Shown: positions 47,486-60,701, counted from the first letter of the stretch. The stretch is 64,000 nucleotides of DNA from the human T2T-CHM13v2.0 reference genome, Homo sapiens (GCF_009914755.1 NC_060942.1); one strand, 5' to 3'. A program made the numbers and translations. Notes: generated from the sequence alone by a model not told the origin.

Positions 47486-47847
47486 CGATATGGTTTGGCT
47501 GTGTCCCCACCCAAATCTCATCTTGAATTGTAGCTCCCATAATTCCCATGTGTCATGGGAGGGAGTCAGTGGGAGGTAATTGAATCATGGGGCAGGTCTT
47601 TCTCATGCTATTCTCATGACAGTGAATAAGTCTCATGACATCTGATGGTTTTATAAAGGGGAGCTCCCCTGCACATGTGCTCTTGCCTGCCACCATGTAG
47701 GACATGACTTTGCTCCTCATTTGCCTTTAGCCATGGTTGTGAGGCCTCTCAGCCATGTGGAACTGTGAGTCCATTAAACCTCTTTCATTTATAAATTACC
47801 CAGTCTCAGGTACGTCTTTATCAGCAGCATGGGAACAGACTAATACA
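47486..47847 (+). mobile_element. THE1 5' LTR
   Basis: Canonical THE1 LTR ending 'cagactaataca'. Confidence 0.95.
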
Positions 47848-48686
47848 GTAAATTGGTACTAGGTAGTGGGGCACTGCTGTAAAGATACCCAAAAATGTGC
47901 AAGCAATCTTGGAACTGGGTGACAGGCAGAGGGTGGAACAGTTTGGAGTGCTCAGCAGAAGACAGAAAAATGTGAGAAAGTGGAACTTCCTAGAGATTTG
48001 GAGGGCTCAGGAAACAGGAAGATGTGGGAAAATTTGGAACTTTCTAGAGATTTGTTGAATGGCTTTGACCAAAATGCTGATAGTGATATGGACAATAAAG
48101 TCCAGGCTGAGGTGGTCTCAGGCTGAGGAACTTGTTGGGAACTGGAATAAAAGTCACTCTTGCTATGCAAAAAGATTAGCAGCATTTTGATCCTGCCCAG
48201 AGATATGTGGAACTTTGAACTTGAGAGAGATTATTTGCGGTATCTGTTAGAAGAAATTTCTAAGCGGCAAAGCATTCAAGAGGTGAGAGTGCATAAAAGT
48301 TTGGAAAATTTGCAGCCTGATGATTCAGTAGAAAAGGAAAAACCATTTTCTGGGGAGAAATTCAAGCCAGTGGCAGAAATTTGCGTAAGTAAATAGGAGC
48401 CAAATGCAAATCACCAAGACAATGGGGAAAATGTCTCTAGGATATGTCAGAGACCTTCACAGCAGCACCTCCCATCACAGGCCTCAGGCCTAGGAGGGAA
48501 AAATGGTTTCGTGCACTAGTCCCAGGGTCCCCCTGCTCTGCACAGCCTTGGGACATAGTGCCCTGCATCCCAGCTGTTTCAGCTCCAGCCATGGCTAAAA
48601 GAGGCCAAAGTGTAGCTCAGGCCATGGCTTCAGAGGGTGCAAGCCCCAAGTCTTGGCGGCTTACATGTGGTGTTGGGCCTGTGGGC
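47848..48686 (+). mobile_element. THE1 internal region, 3'-truncated (no second LTR)
   Basis: 'gtaaattggtac' follows the LTR; ORF 'DMWNFELERDYL...LENLQPD'. Confidence 0.92.
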
Positions 48687-49198
48687 AACTGTGACAGCCC
48701 AGGGTAGGGCTTTAGAGTTGTTGTTTTTTTTTCTAAAAATTCTCTCAGTGATTTTAACCATAAGTAAAATGACGCCAACTTCCTGAAGAGATGCTACCCC
48801 TTGTTACTGGAAATTTTTGTGAATATTCATGAAATGGAACATAATTATTGAATATCATAGGCCTTGAGATAAAGATTGTTTTTGGTTTGCTTTTATTTTT
48901 CTCTAATTTGGTGATGGGATTTTCTATTTGTTAATTAGGCATTAAATGATGTTTTCTTCTGACTATATTTCCAGTAACAAGATATGTCTAATACTGTCAT
49001 AGGGTGACAAGGACTCTTGTGAACCAAGCCTGGCTCTGATAAAAAGTTGGAAGATATTTTATGGAGTTAGAGTTTTAATTCCTGTTCTCTAAAAAAGCCA
49101 CTATTTCACATCTTTCCAGATGTTAAGGTGTGGAACTTTATCCTGACACTGATAATGTGAATTACTCTTAGATAAATGTTAACTTCCCTTGCCTGTTT

Positions 49199-49488
49199 TG
49201 GAGGGATGGGGTCTCACTCTGTCATCCAGGCTGGAATGCAGGGGTGCCATCGCAGCTTCCTGCAGCCTCAACTGTCCAGGCTCAAGCAAACCTCCCACCT
49301 TAGACTCCTGAGTAGCTGGGATCATATGTGTGCACCACCATGCCCGGCTAATTTTTTTTTTTATTATTTGTAAAGATGAGGTCTTGCCATGTTGCCCAGG
49401 CTGGTCTCGAACTACTGGGCTCAAGCCATCTTCTCACCTGTGTCTCTCAAATTGCTGGGATTCTAGGTGTGAGCCACCGCGCTGAGCC
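49199..49488 (-). mobile_element. AluJ
   Basis: Reverse Alu with J diagnostics. Confidence 0.9.
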
Positions 49489-49996
49489 AATCTTTAAAAA
49501 AAAAAAAATTTAAAAATTAAAAGTAGAAGAACTCATGTAAGCATTTTTACAACCTACCTATGTTTCTCATAGCTGAGCTACTGGTACCAATTAATTTAAT
49601 TAGAACTGAATGTCAGTTTTAATGTGTCTATTTCCACTGGTTTGACAGACCGAAAGTCAACAAAATTTTGCCTAGTCACAAAATTTTATTATTTTTGTTA
49701 GTTAAAAATTAACAGAAAAGCTCTGCTCTTGGCTTAAAAGTATTAATTAACATAAAATGATTTGAAAATTTTCTTTCTTCCCTTGGAGCAGTTACTTAGG
49801 AAATACATCATCTTTTAATAGTCCTGATTTACAAGATGGATTTTTTTTAAATCAGGTGATTGACTTAAAAGGAGAAACTGAAAGATATAAATAAGATTTG
49901 GGAGGAAAATAATGTTGGGATTCTTCTATTCCCTGATTTGAAAAAAATAAAAATAAAAATTCAGCCAAAATATTTTGAGACAATGTGTCATTCTGA

Positions 49997-50958
49997 TGTA
50001 AACCAAAAATAAAATTCTAAGCTTCTCAACCATCCAAATGGACCACTCCTTTCAGCCAAGGGCATTCCAAAGTTAACCTGAAAAAACTAGTTCAGGCCAT
50101 GACGGGACGGGGGCAGTTGAGCACGCCTCATTATACACCTTTCTCCTTCTTAGAATTCAGGCCCAGCTTACCAGCATTAACATCAACACAGACCTTAAGA
50201 CTGATAGAACAGACTCTTTAAGTCTGGTAAGAAACATTTATAATCTAGTCTCTCTGAAGCAGGTTACCTGGAAGCTTCATATGCATGATGAAACCTTGGT
50301 CTCCACAAACCCTTATGGTAACCCAGACATTCCTCTTTATTGATTCCATGTCTTTAGACAATAACTCAACCAACTGTCAATCAGAAAAATCTTTTTTTTT
50401 TTTTTTTTGAGATGGAGTCCTACTGTGTCACCCAGGATGGAGTGCAGTGGCGCTATCTTGGCTCAGTACAACCTCTGCCTCCTGCATGCAAATGATTCTC
50501 CCACCTCGGCCCCCCAAGTAGCTAGGATTACAGATGTGCACCACCACGCCTGGCTAATTTTTGTATTTTTAGTAGAGATGGGGTTTCGCCATGTTGGCCA
50601 GGCTGGTCTTGAACTCCTTGCCTCAAGTGATCTGCCTGCCTTGGCCTCCCAAAGTGCTGGGATTACAGGTATGAGCCATTGCACCCAGCAGAAAAATCTT
50701 TGAATCTGCCTACGACCTGGAAAATCCCCCACCTTTCAATTGTCCCAGCTTTCTGGACTGAACCAATGTACATCTTACATATATTGATTGATGTGTTATG
50801 TCTCCCTGAAATGTATAAAACCAAGTTGTAGCTCAGCTGCCTTGGGCGCATGTTCTCAGGATCTCCTGAGGGCTGCGTTACAGGCCACTGGTCACTCACA
50901 TTTGGCTCAGAATAAATCTCTTGAAATATTTTACAGAGTTTGACTCTTTTTGTTGAGA
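49997..50958 (+). mobile_element. MER4-family solo LTR, split by an Alu
   Basis: 'tgtaaaccaaaaataaaattctaag'...'ttacagagtttgactcttt'. Confidence 0.9.
50392..50688 (-). mobile_element. AluS
   Basis: TSD cagaaaaatcttt. Confidence 0.95.
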
Positions 50959-52486
50959 CTAAATAGGTAGCATTAACATTAAAATGTTTAATAGTAATAT
51001 TTCTGAAGATTAGCTGTAATTTAAACCTGCTTTCTATTTATTAATTTTACTATATGAACCCTCATCTCTTCTTTCAAAATAACAGTAACCAAAGTGTATA
51101 CTAACCAAGAAGCATTAAGTTCTAGAAAACATAAAGGGAATGTATTTCATCTCACAGAAAACATCTCCTGTTTTATATTACATCTGCTTTAAAATTTGGA
51201 GGGTAAACATTTTTGCATATTCAAGCATGGCTTTGAAATTTGAGACTCGTGTTACTCGTTGGTATGACAGAGCAGAAGTAAAATGTTTGAAGGTATCTTG
51301 GCCTTGCTCTCAGAAACATCCTGGGACAACCTGGGGCCAAGCTGAGAATCTCCTATTCAGATCTATCCTTGTCTGGTTCCTCAAGATCTACAAACTTGGC
51401 TGGCGTATCCTTGGCCTGCCTGAAAGTTAAACCTATCGCTCTGCACCAACCAGCAATAAAGACTAAATATTTTATATTCCAGCCATTTGTCAGGAATCAA
51501 GGGATTTATCTGGGTGCCACTCAATACTTATCGCAACTCAGTTGAGAGACAGTATCATTACAGAGATAACCTGCCTGAAATCCAGTGAGGTAGTCCTCTG
51601 AAAAGCTAACTAATTGGACTACAGTTGTTTCCTCCAAGATCCCCCCTGCCCAACCCTAAAATTGTTTTCACACAAAATTGAATCTGCAAATAGCTAACGA
51701 CAGAAGGAAATCTGAATCACACTAAATAGCTCCCTAATAGTTTCCTAAATAGCTCCCTAGGTCTCTCTTTGTTGTTTTACCTTTTCGAGTTAAATCCTGG
51801 GGTTGCCAGATTTTTCCTGAGTTTATGCAGATGCACCAATATTTTTAAAGGAGAATCTTCTAGATTCTATAGAATCTATAGAATAGAAGACTATTCCAGA
51901 AGGTACTGGTCAAAATTGCTCATTGGCCATTTTTGATAGATGTTAGTTTGCTATTGTGATGAACTATATACTATATGCCAATAAAATATAATTTTCCAAT
52001 AGGTATTTACTTATTCCTTTAGGAAATGAAGACTTGTCTTTTGCCAAGTACGTTTCTTAAGTTGGTGCACAGCCTATTCTGTGTCTGGGTCTCATCTGAA
52101 GCAAACTTTTTCCTAATGACAATGTAGGGATAATGAAGAGAGTAGAACGAGGTGCATAGGTGGCTGACTTAGCATTGATTGTTGTGACAATTATTAACGA
52201 AAACCTTAAAGTTAACTCTACCCTAAAGCTCTCTTGCCTGCCACCATGTAAGACATGCCTTGTTCTTCCTTCACCTTCCGCCATGATTGTGAGGCATAAA
52301 GTTTAGGGATGAGACAGCAATAAAAACTGGTTTAGTCCCCCTTTCTCATGTAATTGGTGGGTCACTTCTTCCCTACAAAATATGGACATGGAAAGATGAC
52401 TATTTTGACGTCAGAAGTAAAGAGAAAACCAAGGAGATAAATTAGAGTGTAGGGGCAAAGAGAAAACATCCCCTTTACTGTGAAGC

Positions 52487-52695
52487 TGAAACCCCGTCTC
52501 TACTAAAAATACAAAAATTAGCTGGGCATGGTGGCGAGCAACTGTAATCCCAGTTACTTGGGAGGCTGAGGCAGGAGAATCACTTGAACCCAGGAGGCGG
52601 AGGTTGCATGAGCCGAGATCCCACCGCGGCACTCCAGCCTGGGTGACAGAGCGAGACTCCATCTCAAAATAAATAAAAAATAAAAATAAAAAAAT
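52487..52695 (+). mobile_element. 5'-truncated AluS
   Basis: Begins 'tgaaaccccgtctctact'. Confidence 0.92.
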
Positions 52696-52934
52696 TATCA
52701 GCTTCTGAGTAAATTCAAATATATACAAAGGCTTGATGACTAGAAATAATATGTAAATTCTGCCCAATTTTGCTATGAGCCTAAAACTGCTCTGAACTCT
52801 ATGTAAAATTCTGGAAAACAACATAATAAAATAAAATTCTGCAAATGAGCTACTTATGTACCTATTGGCCACTTAGAAATCCTCTTTGTTCCTCATGCTG
52901 AACATCATGCCTCACTCTCTTTAAGCGGCAGAGG

Positions 52935-53770
52935 CATAGGGTGTGATGGTTCAGGAGGGGAGGCAAACCAGACAATGTGAGTTCAAATCCTGGTTTTGCC
53001 ACTTTTAGCTCTATGATACTGGGCAAGTTATTTAACCTCTCTGTGACTTATTTTCTTTATCTATAAAATGAAATGTATTGTCTACTACTGCATAACAAAT
53101 CACCCAAAACACAGTGGTCAAAAACAATAAATACGTATTATCCCACAGTTTCTTTGGGTCATGAATTCAGAAGAGGCTTATCTGGGTAGTTCTGATTTGG
53201 ATTCTCTTCTGAGGTTGCAGTCAAAATGTGGGCTGGGCTTCAGTCATTTAAAAACTTGTCTGGGGCCAGAGTTTCCAAGGTGGCTGCTATCAGCTTGAAT
53301 TTCTCCCCAGAAAATGGGGTTTTCTTTTCTACTACATTGTCAGGCTGCAAATTTTTCAAACTTTTATGCTGTCACTCATGTGGTGAGTTTCTAACCACAT
53401 AAGCTATTCCACGAGCTGCTTGAGTTTCCTCACAAGATGGTGACTGGCTTCTTCCAGAGCAAGTAATTCAAAAGAGCAAGATGGAAGCCACAATGTTTCT
53501 TATGGTCTGGCCTCAGAAGTCAGGACACTAAATCACTTCTGTGATATCCTATTGGTTACACAAGTCAGCTCTCCTCACTGTAGGAAGGGATGACACAAAT
53601 ACCAGACGATGGGGATCATTGAGGATCGTCTTAAAGTCAGGCTACCAAATGGGGATAATAATAGTATTTGGACTTCACAGTGTGATGTGTAACATATTCA
53701 CTAATTTAGTATGTAAGGCATTTAGGGCTTATCTAATATGTAAAGCACTCAGCATCTATGATCTATTATT
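52935..53770 (+). mobile_element. MIR split by an MLT1F-type LTR
   Basis: Core 'gggcaagttatttaacctctctgtg...ctataaaatg' resumes as 'aatggggataataatagta'. Confidence 0.8.
53074..53647 (-). mobile_element. MLT1F-type LTR
   Basis: 'ctgcataacaaatcacccaaaac'...'ggggatcattgagg...ggctacca'. Confidence 0.8.
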
Positions 53771-54299
53771 ATAATTTTAACCTTCCCTCATTCTTGCTTT
53801 TCCTTTTTCGCAACTAAGCCTGTTCAGTCAGAAACTCAACTATCTTTCCAATTAATTGGCATTATTAGAACAAGAGCATGCTACACTCTTACATATTTTA
53901 TTCACGTCTAATCAACTGCCTATTTAACATTTTACCTAGAAATGGCAAAAGAACTTAAACTCAACCAAACCAAGATCATGATATTATCCCTGACAAGCCA
54001 GTGTCTCCTTTCTTAGCAAAAGGGACCACCATCCATCTACCCAGTTACATGTGTAACCCATCTTCTTCCAATCCCATAACTCCCTTTGTTCATGTAATAA
54101 TCATCTCATTTGTACTAATGCAGTAACTTTTAACTTCCTGCTTCTGCTTTTGCCTCCTCTTAATCCATTTTTCAGTCTGAAGGCAGCACAATATTTCTTT
54201 ACTCTATCCTTTCTTGACTAGGTTAAATCTGCTTATTATATGCTCTCATAGTACTTACCACCCACATTTATTTGTGTGATTTTTTTAGGATAGTGACAT

Positions 54300-54547
54300 T
54301 GTATTAGTTAGGATTCTCCAGAGAAACAGAACCAATAGGATATGTGTACTTAGGTGCATATATTTGTGTATATTTGTTAAAGAGTATTATAAAGGGTTTA
54401 CTCACACAATCATGGAGGTTGGAAAATCCCAAGATCCACAGTCAGTAAGCTGGAGACCCAGGAGAGCTGATGGTGTAAGTTCCAGGATGGCAGACTCAAG
54501 ACCCAAAAGGGTCAATGTTTCAGTTTGAGTCCAACTTTAAAGTCAGG

Positions 54548-54578
<31 letters not shown>

Positions 54579-55246
54579 GATATCCTGGCTCAAGCATTCA
54601 GGCATCAACAGTAGTTGTCTTGACTTTTTTGTTTTATGCAGGTCTTCACTTGTGATGTTTATTACTGAGTGTCAACTTGATTGGATCGGGGGATACAAAG
54701 TATTAATCCTGGGTTTGTCTGTGTGGGTGTTGCCAAAAGAGATTAACATTTGAGTCAGTGGACTGCAGAAGGCAGATCCACCCTTACTTAATCTGGTGGG
54801 TACAATCTAATTAACTTCTAGCAAATATGAAGCAGGCAGAAAAACATGAAAAGGAGAGATGGGCTTAGCCTCGCAGCCTACATCTTTCTCCCATGCTGGA
54901 TGCTTCCTGCCCTCAAACACTGGACTCCAAGTTCTTCAGTTTTGGGACTCGGACTGGCTGTCCTTTCTCCTCAGCAGGCAGATGGCCTATTGTTGGACCT
55001 TGTGATCATGCAAGTTAATACATAATAAACTCCCCTTTATATATATATCCTATTAGTTCTGTCCCTCTAAGAGAACCTTAATACATCACTTGATTGAATG
55101 ATGCCTACTCACATAGAGAAAGCAAACTGCTTTACTCAATCGATGAATTGAAAAGCTCATCTCACCCAGGAACACCTTCACAGACATAGAATAATGTTTG
55201 CACCATTTGTTTCAGTACAAGTTGACAGGTAAAATTAATCATCATA
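54300..55246 (-). mobile_element. MLT2B/D-type ERVL LTR containing an A27 run (54552-54578)
   Basis: 'tgtattagttaggattctccagagaaacagaacc'...'aagttgacaggtaaaattaatcatcata'; TSD gacat/gtcat. Confidence 0.88.
54651..55085 (+). mobile_element. MLT2A solo LTR nested in the opposite orientation
   Basis: 'tgtgatg..tactgagtgtcaacttgattgga'; perfect TSD tcact. Confidence 0.92.
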
Positions 55247-55371
55247 GTCATCTCCCATGATGTCCAGGAAAACATGCCTGTGTATCCCCAGTACCTAACA
55301 CAAAATAGACTGTCAATACATAGCTGATCAATGGGGGAAAGCTGTATTTTCATCATCTGTAATATATTCAT

Positions 55372-55736
55372 TGTATTAGTCTGTTCTCATGCTGCTAATA
55401 AAGACATACCCGAGGCTGGGTAATTTATAAAGGAAAGAGGTTTAATGGAGTCACAGTTCCACATGGCTGGGGAGGCCTTCACAATCATGGCGGAATGTGA
55501 AAGAAGAGCAAAGTCACGTTTTACATGGTGACAGGCAAGACAGAATATGCAGGGGAACTCCCTTTTATAAAATCATCAGATCTCATAATACTTATTCACT
55601 ATCATGAGAACAGCACAGGAAAGACCTACCCCCATGATTCAATTACCTCCCATCCTGTCCCTCCCATGGCACGTGGGAATTATGGCAGCTACAATTCGAG
55701 ATGAGATTTGGGTGGGGACACAGCCAAACCAGATCA
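55372..55736 (-). mobile_element. THE1 solo LTR
   Basis: Reverse THE1; TSD ttcat/ttcac. Confidence 0.95.
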
Positions 55737-56270
55737 TTCACTTTTCTTTTTTTTCTCATTTTAACCACACAAAAAATAGTTGACAATGTGTGGTACTAAG
55801 GAATTAATGTATGTAAACTTAGGCATCTGTTAAGAAAGAAAACATTATTCTTTTCCAACATGTCTCATCAAAACCACTCAGTGGACATAAATGTTCCCAC
55901 TCCTGACTCCAGGCATTATCAGATAGTAAAAAATTATCTCATCACTTCTAGATTTAAAAAAAATATCCAGTCCTTGGTCATATCAAAACTCAGAACCATT
56001 ATCCAATGTAAAATGTCTCTCTACTCCTCTAAGAATCAGAGCTTCAGGTTTGGAGGACAGGATTGTGGTCAGCTTCTGGGTCATTTCCTCCCTCCATGTC
56101 AACCCACATTTTCTAGCTACTGTCTTGAGACCTACTAGTATAAGAAAAGATAATAATTATTATTATTATTGACAGAAAGGTCTCGCCAGAGATAAAGGTG
56201 TCACCTGCCATTAGTGAGCTCACTGTAGCAGATCCCCAGTGCTGATTTCTTTTCTCATGAGGTACCTTTG

Positions 56271-57010
56271 TAAAACTGCCTTTGCAAAAATTATAACAAT
56301 GAGAAAATTATGACCATGAAAGAGATCTGACTGAACTGCCTTCATCTTGCTTCTAACCTCCAAGCTGTCGTTATTCATTCCCGGGCATAGGCCAAACTAT
56401 CTTTGAGAGGAACTTAGTTTATAGTTTAACTTTGAAGCAAAGATGATAATGGCCCTTTCCCTAAATAAATCCCCTACTTGTCTGGGGACCAGACTGCCTT
56501 TGTAGGAATGACAAACTAGCCACAAGATTAGATGTTATGGTTTCAAAGTCACGCAGCCAGAGGCCACAAGTTTCTAAATCACCCCAGTTGCTCCTAGGGA
56601 TAACATCACTATTGTAAAAACTAAGATTGGTGCTTAAGATATTTTTGAGACCCTGCACCTGATGGATCAGCTGGCACCACCCAGATAGATAAACTAGCCC
56701 TCTGATCTTACAGCCCTCACCCAGGAACCAACTCAACACAAGAGGACAGGCTTACCTTCCTAAGATGATCTCTGACCTGACCAATCAGCACTCCCCACTC
56801 CTTGGTCCCCCTGCCCCCAAATTATCCTTAAAAAACTCCAGTCTCCAAATTTTCAACTTTGGGGGAGACTGAGTTGAGTAATAATAAAACTCCAGTCTCC
56901 CATTCACCTGGCTCTGCAGGAATTAAACTCTTTCTCTATTGCAATTCCCCTGTCTTGATAAATTGGCTCTATCTGGGCAGCAGGCTAAACGAACTCTTTG
57001 GGTGGTTACA
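56271..57010 (+). mobile_element. LTR8A-type solo LTR
   Basis: 'aaactgcctttgcaaaaattataac'...'gggtggttaca'; TSD tttg. Confidence 0.9.
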
Positions 57011-57262
57011 TTTGTGGTTCTTTAGAGACATTTCTTCCTCTTCCCTTATTCAACTGGGTTCGCTCACCTACAGTTCTCCTGATTCATTCAGAGCGTGTCT
57101 CTACCAACTGACCTACAGACTTGCACTCAGCTCCTGTCTTTCCAGACATGCACTGAACTGCTCCCCATCTGATACAGCTATTTCAAGTCCTGGCAAATAA
57201 AAAAGAGATCCAGACTTAGTGAAGAAAGACTTTATTCAAAAACATTATTGAGAATGTGGGAG

Positions 57263-57966
57263 TATTACTGGGAAGTGTGGGGGTCCTTGATTCTTACCTT
57301 CTTGAAGGAAAGAATTCAGCCAAGAAACCAATTAGTAAAGTAAGCAAAGAGGTGTATTAAGGACAAAAAGAGTACACTCCAAGAGAGAAGCGGGCTGACC
57401 TTCCCAGGAACAAACCTGAGAGTTCTGTGTTGCAGTTTTTAAGAGGTCAGACGTTTCCTTTAAGTTCCTGCCTCTGTCTTAAGTCTTTGTCTAGTTTCCT
57501 GCTTCTGTGTTAAGTCTCTGCCTTTGACCCCGCCTAATTCCCTGCTCAGGTTTGTGGGATTCTCCCTTACTGTCAGTTGATGCACATGTGTGGGACCACA
57601 TAATCAATATTAATCCTACCTACTGGTGGTATTGCTCATTACCACCACCCCAGGAAGGTTGTATAGTGGTCAGATCTGTACTTATTGCGCCCACGTATCT
57701 CTCATTAATTTCCCTTTTTGCCCTTTTGCCCTTCTTATCAACATGTAGCTAGCTAGATTCTGACAATTTTATCTGCAGAATGAGCATTGACTGGACATCC
57801 TAAGGGGTGTTTCAGGGTATTTCTCTCTGTGTAGATATTTCTCCTCTTCTCTGCTCATACTTAGTATGCAGGTTTCAGATGGTCTCTGGAGCTTGAGATT
57901 TCCCAGAGCTTCCTCCCCCACGGGCTTCCTTTCCTGTTCATGTCTAACTATCTGCCTACTCTAACA
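57263..57966 (-). mobile_element. ERV1 LTR of the MER50/LTR35-like group, apparently inside an older LTR (~57195-58100)
   Basis: Reverse start 'tgttagagtaggcagatagttagacatgaacagg'. Confidence 0.7.
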
Positions 57967-58815
57967 GGGGGAGTGACTATTGCTCCATGGGAGACCAACT
58001 ATTACAATGGATTTAGATATCTAACATCAGTCTCTGCACCACTCAAACACCAAGGGCATAGGTCAAGCTCTCAAATTTGTTTCTCTGTAGCCTTCTCATC
58101 ACTTGCCTTAAAATGGGGAGGAAACAGTTCCACCTCTCCCTCATTACAGGATGAAACACACAACTTCTGTTTTCTATGGGAAGCTAGGCGGGTGGGCCAA
58201 TTCAGGCAGAACAGGTTGTTGAGCAAGCCTTCTGCAAAGTCTGGCAAAGATAGCCAAGCACTTAATATAAAGGTACTTAGCACCTATTATTCCCAACCTC
58301 AGCCAAAACTCTGAGCCAACTCTGACAATAAAATGGGTCCTGGCAGGGGAAAGTCACACACACTGAAACCTCTTGTACAGTACTTAGTTCAAAGAGAGTG
58401 ACTTTTGATCTTAAGTCATTTGGTGAGCCACTACTAAAATGTGACTCAGGATGGGAAATTTATATATACCAATGTCTAAGGTATGTTTATTATTGTACAA
58501 AACACTGAAATGACCAGCACTTTCACCTGACCTAGCACAAATGTCATACTTCTTAGATACGGATGCTGTTAATTGAAGAGAGTAAAGTTACTTCTACATA
58601 AATTATACTATTAATCTAAGTGCCTCAGTAATCATTGATTGGCCTATGTATCACTATTTACATCCTATATGTTTGTTCTGGGTTGCTCACAAAGTGAAAT
58701 AACACCACATTGCTCCATTTTCAATATCTGCTCCTTTCAATAGTTCTTCTTTCCTCTCTTAATGAAATAAATCTGACTTTCATCGGATTTAAAGTACTTC
58801 ATAATCTATGACTGA

Positions 58816-59205
<390 letters not shown>

Positions 59206-59224
59206 TTAAAATAATTATTGACAA

Positions 59225-59770
59225 TGTGGGAGACCGGAATATAACACCCCAAAATATGAAAGATTGTTGAGCTAAAGGCAATTAAAAAGAAGCCCATGTA
59301 GCAAAGCTCCCTATGCTCCCCGTATTCACCTAAAAGCAGGACATAGGCTTATGAAGACAAAGGGTATCCCGCCTTCCTTTCTACCAGGGAGAATGAAGAT
59401 TAACCACTGAACTCAACCATCTGGAGATGGTATAAGAGGAATCTACAAGAATAAGCTTTTCTAACTAGCTTTTATCTATCATTTATTTTCACTCATCCCC
59501 GTTTGCCACCCCTACAGACTAACAGTGCTTTTCCTTTGTCCTGTCACTTCTCTCAAAATTTACTGTGTTTTGGTGAAGATGCTGAAGGAGTTGGAATTCA
59601 AAGCCACCTCTTTGAGAAGTACTCACTCCCTGGGTTTCCCACATGTAGATGTGAATTATACCTGTAAATAAAACTGCTTTTTTCTTCTTAACCTGTCTTT
59701 TGTTACAGGGGTCCATTCCAACTAAGAACCTAGAACGGTTGAAGAAAAAAGTATTTTTCTTTTACCTACA
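59225..59770 (+). mobile_element. MER34-type solo LTR
   Basis: 'tgtgggagaccggaatataacaccccaaaatatg'...'cctaca'. Confidence 0.82.
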
Positions 59771-59842
59771 CCATTCTAGCAATTTGTAACTTTGGGTTAA
59801 TACCTTCTGAAAAATAATAGTGGAAAAATAAAAGGTTTGTTA

Positions 59843-60666
59843 GTGATGGAAACTCTCATCTTGACCAAACTTTAGTGGAGCTCCCCTAAATTCTGTTCTT
59901 GACAAGCCTCCATCCTTGTCAAACCTGCATAGCCCAGTTTAAAAACTCCCGTTAAGTCAATTTAGAGAGAATTTCCACCCTTGATATCTGATCACTTCCC
60001 ATATCTAATCCACTTCCTCATCCCCACCATCCCGCAAGTCATGTCTGATCACCTGGGCCCGTCTTCAGCAAGAATTCTATCAAGTCTGTTTAGCCAGAAT
60101 CTCCCCTTACCCCTTATGTTTCCTCTTAGCAATTTTCTATCCACTGGCCCCACCCTGCTCTTTGCTATAAATCTCCACTGATCCATGCTGTACTTGGAAT
60201 TGAACCCGGCTCTATACTGAGGTCTCTTTTCCTCTATTGCAATAGCTCCTGAGTAAAATCTGTTTCATCACTTGCTATGGTCTGAATGTTTGTGTCTTCT
60301 CAAAATTCTTATGTTCAAATCCTAATCCCCAATGTGACAGTGTTGGGAGGTAGAGCCTTTGGCAGATGATTAGCGCAAGAAGGCGCCTTCACGAATGGGA
60401 TTTGTGCACATATAAAAGAGGCGCTGAAGAGCTCGCTCACTTTTTCTGCCATGTGGGGACAGAGCAAAAAGATGGTTGTTCACAAACCAGTGAGGACCCA
60501 ACCAGACACTGAATTTGCCGACGCCACAATCACAAACTTTCAGCCTCCAGAACTCTAAGAAATACATTTCCATTGTTTATACACTACCCAGTTTATGGTA
60601 TTTTGTTATAGCAGCCTGAACAAAGACGCTACTTGAACTACTGTCACTTTCTAGTTCTCTTTAACA
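59843..60666 (+). mobile_element. MER31-type LTR split by an MLT1A/MST LTR
   Basis: 'cttgaccaaactttagt', 'cccttgatatctgatca'; resumes after 60628 and ends 'ctttaaca'. Confidence 0.8.
60273..60628 (+). mobile_element. MLT1A/MST-type solo LTR
   Basis: 'tgctatggtctgaatgtttgtgtc'...'gttatagcagcctgaac'. Confidence 0.88.
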
Positions 60667-60701
60667 TAAGGAACTAGGCTTTGTAAAAGTCATTAGCCTT
60701 A

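Larger units (their letters stand above)
53900..55340 (+). mobile_element. L2 relic hosting nested MLT2 LTRs
   Basis: 'caactgcctatttaacatt', 'accaccatccatctacccagtt'; resumes at 'tgtatccccagtaccta'. Confidence 0.7.
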
